A DNA stretch of 63,551 bases, the filler included, from Dimorphilus gyrociliatus (lineage: Eukaryota > Animalia > Annelida), in assembly GCA_904063045.1 (NCBI GenBank). It is 3 parts of 3 records of this genome, joined end to end, with 100 filler letters (N's around TTAATTAATTAA, not from the genome) between each part and the next. Parts side by side here need not be neighbours in the genome. Positions count along the whole stretch, not along the records: positions 1 to 23,368 come from CAJFCJ010000175.1; 2 more parts are not named here. The stretch is one strand, 5' to 3'. The notes beneath the pieces were generated by a model, which had not been told where the DNA came from, searched no databases, and worked only from the letters and a program-made list of their open reading frames with translations. Positions 1-14,400 of the stretch are shown one piece after another. Every line of letters starts with the position of its first letter. Position 1 is the first letter of the stretch. The position numbers and the translations under genes are program-made.

Positions 1-3000
1 TCTCTGTCTAGAAATTGAATAAATAAATAAATAATTTCATTAATTAATTAAAAAATGTATTATTTATACTCTATTTTATAAAAGACACAAACATTAGGAT
101 ATTCAACAAAAATGAAAAATTGTACTTTATTAGTATTTGTTTACTTTTTAATATAAGCCTCTAATTATGTCTAATTAATATTTGTTTTTTTTTATTAAAG
201 AAAGGAGTCTTTGACAAATCTGCATAAAAGTCTGTACAAAGTTTTATGGTAAAGTAGAGTAAAATTTCGCTCTAATTTGTATATTTTCATTGTACAGTGT
301 TTCAGACTAGGGAATTAATAATTATATATTTGCGGAATGTATAGATGATCATTTTTTCTGTTTACAAATATACCACTAAGTATACAAAGTCAAACCAGGT
401 ATCTTATTAATACTGCTTATTGAATTTTTTTTTAGATTATTTCAGTGCACGTAGTGCATCTTTTTTGACATATTCAATGTAGTCATATATGATGTTTAAT
501 AGATTAATAGACATATTGTAATATCTTCTATATATACATTCATATTCAGTTAAAATATATAGATATACAGTATATATATAGATGTATGTATGTATGTATG
601 TATATATCATCTAGACAAGTTTCAACATCAAACGTCTCTCTCAAAGCCTGTTAGAAAATTATTTTCTGATTTAATTTCTCTGTCCCCTAACAACTTACAC
701 CACGTTTCATACATCATTTAATATTTTAGATTAACAAGATGGTAATGTAAATACATACCTGACCAATTAATATATCTATTTTTTTAAGAGGAATATGTTA
801 ATCAAGAGCAAATTTCAATAACTTATCATGACTTTGAAAATATGTTATACCATTCTACATAATAATTAAATGCTTGGTTTATTTTTAACATTGTTGCACT
901 AGTCTTCATGTTATGCGCTTTCCGAGTGCTAAATGAAATATATCCTATTTTATGACAAGGATATATCTATATACAAACTGTGTATACGCATTTGCTACTT
1001 ACTGATAAGCTGTTTATAACCGTACGTATGATGTGCAGATGAATTTCCTTTTTTTTCATATAAAATACGAGATTTCTATAATACACTCCATATATTATTA
1101 GGATAAAAACTGCAGTACTACGTTAAAAATCTGCGCATCATAACTACAAATGTAAAGAATGAAAAGGAAAGATACCTTGAAGAATACTTAATTTTCAGGT
1201 TTTTCATGATCTACATTACCCTTATGTAGGAAATGACTAATCTAAATATTCCTTAAAGATTATAACTTGCATCAATTTTCTCCATCTTCCTTTGTAAACT
1301 GTGTCAGGTTCTGATTAACTTATTATTAGGTTAATAATAAATCTTCAGTATTCTTTCTTGGTGATATTTTTGCTCTTATAACCCTTGATCAGATGCTATT
1401 TTTTATCTTTCTCTTCTTGCTATTTGCTTCGAGAGGGTATAAAATAAAACTAATATTGTCAAATATAGATTTCTTTTAGGATAATGAATGAGTTATCCAT
1501 GAATTCGTCATGAATTGTTTTTTATACTGCAAGTGTATTTTTAATTGATCAATCAACGTATAAAGCTAATTGAAAAAAAGGGAAAAAGACTTTTTATAAG
1601 TTTTATTCAAATTAGTTTCTAATTTTTATTCATTTTAGTCTTTATTTTGATTTAAATATGGTACAACTGTTACTTTTATGCTTTTCGGTCAAGATACTAT
1701 TACGTTGTCTAAGACGTTGACTAGTAATATCCTGCAACCTTATTAAGTAATTGCTCTTTTCATATTTGAGCATTCGGAGAAGTAATAGTAAATAAGAGAG
1801 GATTTAGTAGTATGAATATGAAAGTGAAGGGTTAGCGGGCTTAATTAGCGATGTTATTTTCTAATGAAAATAATATACACAAAAAAAAGAATGCGAGAAC
1901 CGAAAAGAAAGAAGAATCAAGTATTTAGTAGTTCCAGCATTTAGAAGACTACGGGGAAACTATTTTTTTGTAATATCATTTAACGTGCTTAAGATTTTTT
2001 ATAATGATTTAAATGATCACGAATTCAGTAGGCCTAAAGTTAAAATGTAAGCTCTTTTTTCCACGGAATTGAATACTGAACAACTTAATTCTTTTCTCTT
2101 TCTGTTTCTTTCTCTCTCTGTCTCTGTCTCCCGCCCCCTTTCCCTTCTCTCTCAGTCTCTATACCTTTCTGTCTTACTCATTTTTTTTCTTTTATTCTGC
2201 TTATTCACCGTCTTTTCTTTCTCTTCGTTCATTTCAACTGTCTTTTTTACTTTCTTTCACCTCCTTCATTTCTTTATTATAGGGATATATTTTTCTAATA
2301 AAAATTCTTATTCATTAAGAGTGAATGGTAAATATTGTATAGCGAACGTATAATGCTTTCGATCTTGAAAGTGATTATAAATTAGAATTTAGTATACTGT
2401 GGTTGGTATATAAATCATAACGTTCTCTGCTAGAACATGTCGATATCCTGCTGTGCCAGTTTAATGTTATATATTATATTTATCGAAATATTTAAAATGA
2501 TATAATTATCACTATTCCATTGTCAAAATAAAAAGATTTATCAAAGTTAACGATTAGTATATTTGAGGAAAATTGACGGTCAAATTATCCACTTTATCAA
2601 ATATTTAAAGTAATCTTAATCGATTCTATTATTACTTCAAATGATAGTTGCATTCGCCTGAAATGTACAATAAACAAGGGATGGGTGACTATCTTTTCTG
2701 TTTACTCTGTTCTACAACCTAATTTTTGGAGCTACAAATAATAGAAAACCCAATAGATTATTATATCTCCCCCTATGTTGATGAAATGTCACGTGATTCT
2801 GACTGCTTGATTCTCAGTCTTGTTTTCACCTTGGAAGCTGACGGTTTATTTTACAAGTTTTTACTTCTATAGCTGAGTGCATAAGAGAAGCATTTTTTGT
2901 TTAGATATTCTTTAATTAATGTAGAGGAAATATTTATGTGAGAATTTACAATGCAATATAAACTAGGAAGTTGTGGACTTTTAACTCAACCAAATGGTTC

Positions 3001-3165
3001 AGAAGGTAATGATCGATTTTATTTTATGGAACGATATATTGATTGTCAAATAAACAGTAGAAAAATAAAATTTATATAAAAGCATGTTAGCGTCTTTTCA
3101 TGTAAAAAAAAGAAAAAATCTTTTATGAAGTGGAATTAATCAGCTAGAAATTGCTCTAATTACAG

Positions 3166-3920
3166 CCTTTCAGAACAACTTTTGCAATAGAAGTTACGAC
3201 GGAGTGTCCTGTTGGCCCCCGACTGCTGTTGGTGAATTAGCAATTATTAGTTGCCCAAAGACGGGTAGCATAAAATTTATAGGTTTGTAATAGGATTATA
3301 AACCCTTTAAACAAATCTTTCTTTTTTCATGTAATAAGGAATTATTTTATAACATTACTCTTAAGAAACCGATTGTGATTTGTCGTGATCTAAAATATAT
3401 ACATTTATTTTTCTCGTTCAATAGCTGTCAGTTAGCTATTCCTTAGAAAGGATAAGGTGGAATTATATAAAATTTATGTATTCAAACTTATCAATCCATA
3501 TCAAAATACTGGGCAAATATTTATCGTCCAAAATTATACAGTCTTTTTTATATACCCAGTTATAAATGCATAGGTTTTACGAGCATAAACTAGAAAAGTA
3601 TAAATATATCACATTTTCGATATGGAATAAATAATACACGATTTTTAAAATGCATATGGTCGTTATATCTTATAATAAAGGAGAGTAGAAAGGCACAACT
3701 ACGCATAGTTGGTATTCACCAGCGTTAACTTGTGTTTTCTATTTTTTAAATTTGATAATTCATCCATCTTATTTAGTTTCTAGGTCTACTTTATCTTCTT
3801 TGTTCCTTTCATATTCCTTATTCTCTCATTTATTCATATTTATCTTCAATTTGTCCTATTTCTCTCATTCATTTAATAATTTATCTGTCAGATCGGCTCA
3901 AGTAATAAAAATTCTTTTTT

Positions 3921-3963
<43 letters not shown>

Positions 3964-4876
3964 AAAAGATATAAAGAGGGAGAAAATGACTAGAAAGAGA
4001 GGTGGAGGGAAGGAGAGAACGACAGAAAAAAAATAAAGTATAATTGATAGAGAAAAGAAAAGTCAAGAACTTGCTTAAAAGTGGTATTTTGATATTTCAC
4101 TTTTTTCAAATTAGTGCTAAAATTACAATTTAAATCTAAAAATAGAATATAAATAATAGGAAAAGAAAAAAATGAAATTCCTTATATACATATTTATTTT
4201 CTTTATATGAGAATATTTTATCACTTTGGATTCAACAACAAGTATGATTAGTCCATGTGTGTTTTATTTTTTTATTACTTGTTTTCTTTTTAGTCCCATT
4301 AAATACTAAACTGGAATTATTACCTGACAGAGAGTACTTAGGGATTAGATCAATTGCAAATGTGCTTAATGTACAATCAATAAAACATTGAGAGAATCTT
4401 AGATTAATTACTTTTCTTGTGTTAAATACTTATCTCGTCAACTTGACAATATTTTAGATATTTTATTTTTTGTTACCTGTTTAAATGTAATCAAATAACT
4501 AAAGGTCAAATTTATAGCCTTATAAATAACTAAAAAACTTACCGTTGTATATTTATAAAGGTTCTCAACTATCATATGAAACTAAATACTCTTAAATAAG
4601 TTGAAGAGAAAATTTTTTTGTTATTTAGTTTAGTAACAAATATGTTTTATACAGGATTAAATGGAAACTTTCTTTAAAGTTAATCTGAGAGATGAAAAAT
4701 TTAATAATACATTTTTTTCGAAAATAATATCAAAGATTCTTTTCTAAAGAAACAAAAACATTACTTTACTAAATTAGTATAAATGTTTCTTTTTTTTTGT
4801 TTTTTTACTTTATAATATGAGAGATTTAGACTGGAAAAGAGAAACAGAGAGAACGGAAAGAGAAAAAAAGGCTGTG

Positions 4877-4947
<71 letters not shown>

Positions 4948-7900
4948 GAGAGAGACGGAGGGGGGGAGGAATTAAGGGAGAATGAGAGAGATAGAGAGAG
5001 AAATTGTTTAGTATTTAATTATATGGATAAAAACCTACGTTTATTTTTAGCGAAAGAGTTGAGAGCAGAGAAAATAGCTCTTATTAAACAACTGCAAAGT
5101 TTTCCTCATATCCCCAATTATAGATACTTTCTCCGATTCTTTTTTATTTTCCCTTTTGAAGAGGTATATTATGTTATTATCTTTCTTATTCAAACGCTAA
5201 AATATATAAATAAGCTAAATTAGTTAATTTAATGAAATTATTACAATATATGCTGTAAAATGTTTTAACTAAATGTGAAACCTAAAGTAAACTTTTGTTA
5301 AAAGAAAATTAAACTATCAATCATTTAAAATAGAATAATTAAATAAAAGAAGTCCTTTATAAATTTAAAGAAAGAAAAACAGCTGCTTTATGTATGTTAA
5401 CTAAGATGTATTTAATGATATCTTGATTTTTTTTAATTAATCCGTCTGTAATATAAGTTTCTTAATTTTGAGGTATGAAAAGGAGAACGAGGGATAAAAT
5501 TGTTTTATAATGTTATATACTCCAAGCTACTAGGTAATAATAGTAACAATGAATAGATATAGAAAATTACATTTATTCTGGACATTGTTCCATCTCCTAA
5601 GTGGTATACAGATGAAAACAATAGGTAATACGCTAACATTCGTTAGGGAGTGTTTTTACAATATATCTACATATATACAGGTACTGTGTTTAAATATATT
5701 TAGCATTAGTAGGAAGAATACAATATCTAAATGAGGCGTGGAGACAAGTTTATATCATGTAGATATATCTATATTATATTTAAATTAACCATAACACTAT
5801 ATAGATGATATATACAGAGTATATTTAAGATAAGAGAATATGGGAAAAATTTAACTAGTTGCCTCCACTATCGCGCCAAAAAAACATTCCAAAATATGAT
5901 ATTAAAATGATAAAAGCGACTCACATTGGCAATTACCTCTTCTCAAGGCACTTCTCCTTTGCCAAAAGTACCAGAACAAACACAAACAAACGTGACAGAA
6001 AGCAGTATGATGGAGGTAATTTTTGCAGTTTTTAGTTATATGGAGCGAAATTAGACTAATTATCTTTAATAAAGCGCGAAGTTGTTACATAGTTTTGAAT
6101 TATTTTCGTGAAGTTGTTATTTGGTTTCGAATATATCTTTGCCGAGACGAACTCGATAAGAAAATAGATTATATAATTAATTAATGTTACTGTGAGGGGA
6201 AAATCATGCTTCATATGTTTGAATACAAAGAAACTTGTTTTTACAGTATACCTGAGGCATCAATTTACAAATAATTAGGCGATACCAAGGACTAACAAAG
6301 ATAGAACAAAATATATAGAATATATATCTATATCCATGTATCTGTTTTAGAAAAATATTCGCCATTCATATTAAATTGAAAGTAGGGCAGGTGAGCTTAA
6401 TATAGCGCAAGTTCTCATCTATTTTTATCATCTATTTTCCGTTTTAGTACTTCATCTTGATGTATTGGTATTATAAATCAATTTTTGGCTTGAATGCAAA
6501 TTTCTTTAGAGGGCAAGATCTATTAGATAATTTTTGTTCATCGATATATTTCACCTATTTCATTATCATTGTATTTTTAGTTCTATTAACTTTTTCTCAT
6601 ATTACGACGAATTATCTTGGTGGGAAAAATTTTCTGTCTTAGTTTGCTCGCTTTCGTAAGAATTTATCAATATTCTGATTGTCTACGAAGATTGAGGTTT
6701 CAATATATACAGTACTCATCAAAGAACAACGCTTTTTTATATCTTCAATACAGGAAATTCTACCAGCGGCAATTTAGAAAGAGTACTGGTATAATCAGAA
6801 TCGAACACTTTCTTTTTAATACATGATAAGATGTATATAAAGTGCGAAAATGTTTTTGCACTGCAATTATACCTGTAAACTTGAGTACATGTTTATTTTC
6901 GTAATAATTCCACTTTATGTCTAATAAATGTAGTCGTATGGTGATAAGACGTTAGCAAAGGACCTTTATATAATTTAGATAGGTTTCAGGTTGAACAAGA
7001 TTATTTCGATAGTAGAAACAAGCAAAGATATAGAGCTTTTTTTTATAATAGAGATGCTCAAAGAAGCAACTTTAAGCGTTATATATAATTTCCTCCCTCA
7101 AATAGTAAAGATAAGTAGGAAGGAGGGTGGTGGGATGAATGTAACTTTGATTTTTAAAGAATCTGAATAAGCCTACAAGCTTAACCAAGGATTACTTATG
7201 ATATCCGTAGGTAATCCTTTTCAATCTCATAAACCTTTTAATGTCAAATTACAATCTAATTTGTAAAAGAAATTATTTGCTTTTTTGTAATTTATTAGAA
7301 AAGAAAATATAAATAATTTATTCAGTACCGATTTGAATTAACATTGACTATTTTTTTAGGTAATGCAAGCAGATTTTGCCTCGAAAATGCTACCTGGGAA
7401 TTGAAATCAAATTATAGCTCCTGTGTTGCTATTCTTCCAGATGATTCTGTGAGTAAATTGTTTATCAATCACTCAATAATCAATTTTAATCCAATGAATA
7501 TTTAATATAAACAATTGGATTTACTATTTTTTATTATTCCATGTTGAAAGATGAATTTGCATTTTAATCTGTCTTTTTTAACTCGTATATAAATTTGATT
7601 CTTACTTTAAATATTAAAATTCGTTTGCAAAGCATGCAAAATACTAAAATAGCATGCAATTAAATTTTCAATATACTGATAAAGACCTATGCCTAGTTTA
7701 TTTGTTTGTTAAAAATCTCTCAAACATTGTTACATATAGTCAGCCATAGTTAGGTGAAAGATATAAGATATAATGCGTATTTATGCTTTTTATCATTCTG
7801 TAGGAGTAGAATAAATTCAATAGGAACAAAAGATATCTTTTTCATTATATTTCTTTTCTTGCAGGAAGTTTCAACGCACACAAAAATCGTTCATATTATC

Positions 7901-9917
7901 TATTACATTGGATTCATCGTTTCATCTGTGGCTCTAATAATGTCCTTATTCATATTTAGATACTTTCAAAGTTTACATTGTTTAAGGAACAGTGTTCACT
8001 GTCACCTAATGGCTACATTTCTTCTACGAAATCTACTGTGGCTAATATTGAAACATTCAATACCATTTTTACTTGAAGATGAAGTTAAATTGGGGTTTTG
8101 TAAACTGCTAGTTAGTCTCTCTAATTATACGCAGGTACATAATTATTAAATCATTTATTATCTAAAAATAGTATGAGAAATTATCTAGAAAAAAATTAGA
8201 TTGAGTTAATTGTCCCAATAGTAGTTATAATCGTTCTATAATGAAAAATAATTATAAAATATAATATCGCATCTAAAATCGAAGCTCATAATTCATAATT
8301 TTTTTCTATTATAAGTATTGTCCTTGTTTCTTTTTGATATATATAAAGTAAACTTCATAAAAATTGGAACACCTCGAATTTTGAATAGGCCAACGTATTA
8401 AAAATGTTTTTCACTAAGAAAAAAGATATTTTTTAAATTTTTTCTGCATAAAATGTTAGATGAAGCTTAAATTTATATATAATTTTCTTTCAAATACGAT
8501 TTGGGTAAGATTTTATATCATTTTTTTTTGTTTATATTATGTACTGTTTTGTTGATTTTTTTTTCTTATTTCGCTGCACTTCATAATAATTGGAACACCA
8601 ACAAAAATGTTCCTATTATTCCTACTTTTGTATCTGACTACCCTCTTTTTCGATGCATTGCCTGATTCTATGCCCCATTCCATCATATAGACGTGGTAAC
8701 AACCCTGGCTGCTCTTTTATAAGCTCATAAGAGCATTTTTTGATTTTTTTCCACAATTCGTCCTCTGATTCGAATTGTGGACCATCGTATACCAGCTTTT
8801 TGGTAAGGTGCCACATGTTCTCGATTGGGCTGGAAGATGTATTTCCTCCCCATTTTTGCCTCAATCTCTTCGATAACAGGGAGGACATCTTCTACAATAA
8901 AACAGCTGTAATTTTCAGCTTTAAGCCTTTTCCTTATCCACCAAATTTCAAATATTCCGTCATAGGTTATTAGTCCCCAGACCATTACTCCACCTCTGCC
9001 CAGGTTTTTGTCACCCTGAAATCTTTTTCACCATCTTTGGTCCAGGTACGAAAATCATCTGGCCCACTCAGTGAGAATCTAGCCGCATCAGTGAAAATTA
9101 CTTTAGACCAGTCTAGATTATCACTGATCATCTGGAGGCAGAAACTTTTTCTCCTTTTACAATTATTTGTTGTAAGATCAAGTGTTTGCCTAACTCGTTT
9201 ATACCTAAATTTTTGTTTTTTTAGCTCTCTCTGTATGGTAAATAGGCTAACATCTACATCTAACTCTTTCAAAATTTTTCTTGCTGTCACCCTCTCCTTA
9301 TTTATTTTCATTTTTTATATAGCCCTCTTCATCCTGCCTGTATCTCTCTCTGTAAGTTTCTTTGGACGACCTCTATTCTCCTCTTCTGGTGGTTGATACC
9401 TTAAAATATTGCTAACAGAAGAGGGTGCCATTCCTAAAGCTCTTGCTGTGGCTTGTAGTTTTTGTAATTCATTGTATTTCTTGAATACAAGCTCCCTTAT
9501 GTCTTTACTCCACGTCATATTTAAATTAGTACAAGAAAAATAAAGTAATATAAATGAAATTAACAAATATTTAATAAAGATAACTTAGAAAATCAAAGAT
9601 GTTGAAAAAAATGTTTTTTGCGACGTCTATTTGAGTGCCAAACCGGATGTCAAGTGACTGTTCCAATAATTATGAAGTGTGGCCAAATAAAGAAAAAATT
9701 GATGAAAACGACCAAAAATATTTTGCTTATAATATTCATAAATATTATCATTTTGTCAATTTTTTTTCAATATTACGTAAATATAGCCCTTTTTTTATAG
9801 AAATTTAGACCAAAAAAAATAATTTACAGGGAAAAAACAATTTTAACCGTTAATTAAAAGTTGGCCTATCAAAATTTACGGTGTCCATTTTTTTATGAAG
9901 TCCACTTTATATAATTC

Positions 9918-9979
<62 letters not shown>

Positions 9980-11405
9980 TATATACAGTATCTATATACA
10001 TGTTTATGAATATGTATAAGCAAATATTTTCTTACTTTATTATTACTAGGAAATGGGGTAGCTTATAATTTAATAATAGCATTTACGTATATTATAAAAG
10101 TGCATATGGTAAAGAATCCTTAGTTTCGTGATCAATACATATATATATATCAGCAATATACAGTATATGTATATATCTAGGGATTATAGTTTATTTATCA
10201 CCTCATTCCTCTTTTGAAGGTGACGAATTTTTTTTGGATGTTAGTGGAAGGGATTAATCTATACATGATGCTTATGTACGCCTTAACAACAAGTACTTTA
10301 CAACTCTGGCATTACTGCTTAATAGGATGGGGTATATGGCTCTTTATATTAAAATATCTTAAAAAGCTTAGTAAATGATGACGCTTATTTAATCTCTTTT
10401 CAGGTATGCCGCTAGTTTTTTCCGTTAGTTGGATAGGTGTAATGATGAAATTCTCCACTTCAACGTAATAATATAGTTTTTTTCACCTGACCTATTAAAT
10501 TATCGAACTGTTCTTACTCTGTTATTCATAAAAATATTATTTCTTTGTTTAAAGGTGTTGGTTACCTTCAAAGAAAGAATACTTTAGTTATATTCTTAAT
10601 GTACCGATATTTATAGTACTTTTAGTAAGTGTTTCTAAAATTTTCTTTCTCTTTCGTTTCTTATCCTATTTGAATCAAATTAAGAATCATTTTTCATATA
10701 TTTATTTAATGTTTAAGGATGATTAACTCTTGGATATTGTACAATTTCCAGATAAATATAATTATACTATTAAAAGTCGTTTGGATTCTCATAACTAAAC
10801 TCAAAGCCTCGAATACAATAGAAATCAATCAGATCAGGTGAGATATAGATTGAAAATTGGCATATATTATAATTAGCTATTCTCTGTTAATTATAAACCG
10901 ATAATTTGCTTAGAAAAGCAGCAAAGGCAACTGTAATTCTCTTTCCATTATTGGGAATAACTTATATTCTCTTTCTATCGCATCCTCCTGGCCAAAAAGT
11001 TTCTCTAAATATATTTAAATATGTCAATGCAATACTTTCAAGCACACAGGTATGGGAAAGGTGTCTTACATATATATCATTAATTGTTAATTAGTTCTCC
11101 TTCTTCATCACGAAGGGTCTTGCCGTTAGTCTTTTCTATTGCTTTTTCAATGGAGAGGTTAGTTTCAATTACGCTGTATATATTTAATAAGAATATTAAG
11201 GGTAGATTGAGAAGCATGTTTTGTTTATATTTTACCTATCAATTGTATTTTAAAGGTCAAAACCACAATCGGACAAAAGCTATCCAGATGGAAAGATGAG
11301 AACTCCTTCCTAAAAATGAAGAAGAATTCAGCTGGTAATTTTCAAACTTGCTCTGAAACTATAAATTTAAAAAATACTGAACGTCAAGGAGGAGCTGAAA
11401 GTTGA
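3166..11405 (+). CDS. Class B1 (secretin-family) GPCR, CRF/DH44/ELH-receptor-like, multi-exon
   Basis: GT-AG exons assembled in frame: 3166-3282 (FCNRSYDGVSCWPPTAVGELAIISCP, hormone-receptor domain), 7360-7448 (GNASRFCLENATW..SNYSSC), 7865-8134 (TM1-2, LHCLRNSVHCHL), 10220-10331 (VTNFFWMLVEG), 10404-10464, 10555-10624 (CW), 10752-10837, 10914-11049 (RKAAKATVILFPLLGITY), 11116-11157 (GLAVSLFYCFFNGE), 11256-11405 (stop TGA). A possible further 5' exon at ~2951-3005 is in phase but weakly supported. Confidence 0.92.
3925..3960. repeat. (TA)n microsatellite
   Basis: Direct sequence; intronic. Confidence 0.95.
4885..4952. repeat. (TG)n followed by short (AG)n microsatellite
   Basis: Direct sequence; gives rise to the spurious CVCVCV ORF at 4888. 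Confidence 0.95.
8346..9907 (-). mobile_element. Tc1-family DNA transposon with IR/DR-type ends, in an intron of the class B GPCR
   Basis: Flanked by TA on both sides (8344-8345, 9908-9909). Imperfect terminal inverted repeats AAGT(AA/GG)ACTTCATAAAAA..GGA(A)CACC..TTTTGA.TAGGCCAAC. An inner copy of the CTTCATAA..ATTGGAACA motif occurs at ~8580-8600 and, inverted, at ~9659-9677. Confidence 0.9.
8622..9518 (-). pseudogene. Tc1 (DD34E-type) transposase, frameshifted
   Basis: Four consecutive ORF pieces: MTWSKDIR..GRPKKLTERD (paired-like HTH plus GRPR-like motif), WSKVIFTD(A)ARF (first catalytic D), MVWG, SPIENMW (catalytic E). At least 3 frameshifts. Confidence 0.9.
9920..9977. repeat. (AT)n microsatellite adjoining the Tc1 end
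   Basis: Direct sequence. Confidence 0.95.
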
Positions 11406-14400
11406 ATAGAAAACCTTTTAAAGAGAGGAAAAGAAAGAGACATAGTTTTATTTTTCATGTATTTTTTTTATTCTTAGAAAATTCTGTACATATTATATGA
11501 ATTTCTCTTTATTTCTTCTAAATTATCAATTTAAATGAAACTTATAATCTTAGTAAACGATACAGAAAAAATAGAAACTATTATTAAAATCCTTATATTT
11601 TATTTATCTTGAATTATTAGTGAAAAGGAAACTGGTTTTTCAGTCATTAGAGATCTAGATGAAGAGAGAAGTCAGAGTGAGAGTTAAATATATGCCTTTG
11701 TAGAAAAGGAAAAATAGTGACATGAGTACGGAAACGCTAGATACGGATTCTCCTAACTCATTTAATTACAACTAGATGAAGATTACCTCAAGAGGTCAGA
11801 AGTTATTAGTGAGTTCACTCATTTTAGTTAAGTATGCAGTGAGGAGCATTATTATTTATCGAAGCATAAGATTTTTTCGAAAGAATTGTATACTTTCTCT
11901 TTAAAAAGAAAAAAAGTGATAAAAATGTGTATATAGGATAAAAAAATTGTTTAATAGGAAAATTAATTTCCTTTTCAATTTATAAATAAAATAAAGAGCT
12001 TGGAAAAATTATGAGTATTTACTATTAAGAAGAATTTTATTCATAAATACAAGAGGGATCTGATTAATTTATTGATCTTATATAATGATATTAATTAATT
12101 TTCACCTTCATCAACTTCAAATTTTATGGGAAGCAGCTTGCACAATTGTATGTCTTTTTTTAAATATTTTCTTATTAGATTAATACGACCTATATGCGAA
12201 TCATTTCCATTGCTAATTGACCACTGAAACGTCAAAAGATGATTAAAACTATTCCAGCTGTTATATTCGTGTACTCCTCTGCCTTTCTTTACCTTTTCTG
12301 ATGTGTACAACGGAAGAAAATGTAATGTTACATTTCTTAATTAGCTTTAATGAACAATTTTATGAAAACATTTTCATATTATCTATATATAAACTATATA
12401 CTGTATATATATATGTATATATACATTCTAAAGATACGTATATACAGCAAACGCTAGATATATACTTAAGCCTTTATCTCTCGATGAATATTTCACATTC
12501 GGTAAATTCTATGTGACACTTGAACAAACTGACAAAATTTATCCTTCCTTTATTAGAACCACGTTGTAAACGCGATATAAGGAAGAATTTTCTGTTAGCG
12601 AGAGTTGATTGTTTTTCTTTTTTCCTCTCTCCTTTTTGTTCATTAATGAAAACTGATAATAATAAGATTCTATTGAAGATGAAAAAAATCTCTCTTGCAC
12701 TTAAAAATAAAGTATTTTTTGTATATTTCTCTTTTTTAAATTTATAAATATATATATATATACTGTATATATATATATATATAAATGGAAGCATAATTAA
12801 AGCTGTTTAAAAGTGGTATTGAAAATATTTCGTATTTATAAAGAAACCTTCTTCTCTCTTTTTTCTTGTCAATTCATAAATCAATATTTCTCTTTGCGAA
12901 AAAAAAATAAGTCTGTAAATCCCTTTAAGAAATTTCATTCTCAGGGTTTTGACATATCATTTTTGTTAAAATGGGATATACAATGAAAAACTATATAAAC
13001 TGGAATGAGGATGGAATAATGTATTATTTAGGTTATTAGATACCATTAACGGAAATATGCAAAACCGAAAGAGATTTTAGGTTAAAGAAGGCCATTAAAA
13101 TTCGGTGTGAGCTTACAAATAATCCACTTGAGAATACATTTGTAATATTTAACATTGATATATTATTTTTTTTTTTGCAGATAAACTTAAACATTTCTTT
13201 AGATAAAAAGTTTATCCTTCTGTACTGGATGTACTAACATTTTATATCAATAGACTAGTCTATAACTCTCTTAAGTTGCCTGTATATCTTCATATTTAGG
13301 TCATTAAAATGTAAAATTTAAAGGGCAAGTTTATTAAGTAAGATTAACAATATCATTGTTGACAATTCCATCCGTCTTACGTCAACAAAAAAGGCTCGCT
13401 TTGTAGTTTGTAACTATACATTACGTCTCTCCAACTGGTCTTTAAATGTATTTTTACACGAATATCCTCTTTTTGAAACTTAGTTTTTCCGTTCTATAAT
13501 CATATTTTTACGTCATCTTTTGAATAAAATTATGGAAAGACGGAGAAAAGCATAATAAGCCGGAGGGAAGGAAGGTTAGAGTAGGGTGAAAGATGTTGTA
13601 GACGATAAAATGCAATTATGACATTAGTTATTTTACACTAAGAAGAGTAAGAGAAAGAAAATGGATGATATTTAGCTGAGCGTAACAATTTAAATCCTTT
13701 AATACGTTTTTTTTATCTCTTTTATTCTAAGAAAAACAAAAGAATATCTTTTCCGTTACATTAGTAAGATAAAAAAAAATAAAAATTTTGCCAATTAATT
13801 TACATGAATTGCCCCACACGCGAAGTCATCGAGATGGCTTGGGCTTCATCTCGGTTAATTGATATGTGACAATATTTGTTTGTTTGTCAACAGAGAGAGA
13901 CATTTCTAAATTGTAAACCGACAGATGGTGCCACTTTCCATCCAACTCCATCCTACAACAACAGTAAATAATTTTCATTACTTTATCATCTAAAATTACC
14001 TTTCCCGCTCATTCTCAACTGCACTCTTTTAAATAACTGTACGAATTTTAATTTCAATACAGAAATATTAATTATACTTGTATACTACACTATATATATA
14101 CTGTTTTTATCTATTAATATATATATATATATATATAGTTTTAGATTTATTGTATAAGCAAAGGCATAAAAAGCCAAGTTTGTAAAAATTTATCTTTGTG
14201 TTGTTTTCTGTATAAAAATTACTGATTATCTCTAATTCAAAGGCTTCCTTCTACACTTTCCATCAAATATATAAATATTTCATAAAAGTATAACTATGCG
14301 CTATCTACAAAGGTCAATGAACCTTGTACTTGCACTATGAAGAAATGCATTCTAATTGAAGTATGGGGGAGGGGATGGGGGAATTTAGTGCAATAGTTTT

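Noticed and set aside
2069-2353. 94-aa hydrophobic ORF
   Set aside because: Product of a CT/T-rich low-complexity tract; no domain and no splice context.
3752-5223. ORFs 3752-3961 and 4888-5223 with IYIY / CVCV / ERER runs
   Set aside because: Translations of microsatellites inside a GPCR intron.
9037-9396. 119-aa plus-strand ORF (also 8740-8973)
   Set aside because: Antisense shadow of the Tc1 transposase.
12095-12794. Several 70-106-aa ORFs downstream of the GPCR
   Set aside because: AT-rich or (TA)n-derived, with no recognisable motifs or consistent exon chain.
13381-13493. Possible minus-strand exon (AG..GT bounded, NGKTKFQKEDIRV...)
   Set aside because: No convincing neighbouring exons in phase and no homology recognised.
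13830-13950. CGAGATG/CATCTCG hairpin and a minus-strand LDGKWHHLSV (laminin-G-like) peptide
   Set aside because: A 7-bp stem can arise by chance; the peptide lies in a 41-aa frame closed by a stop with no usable donor.
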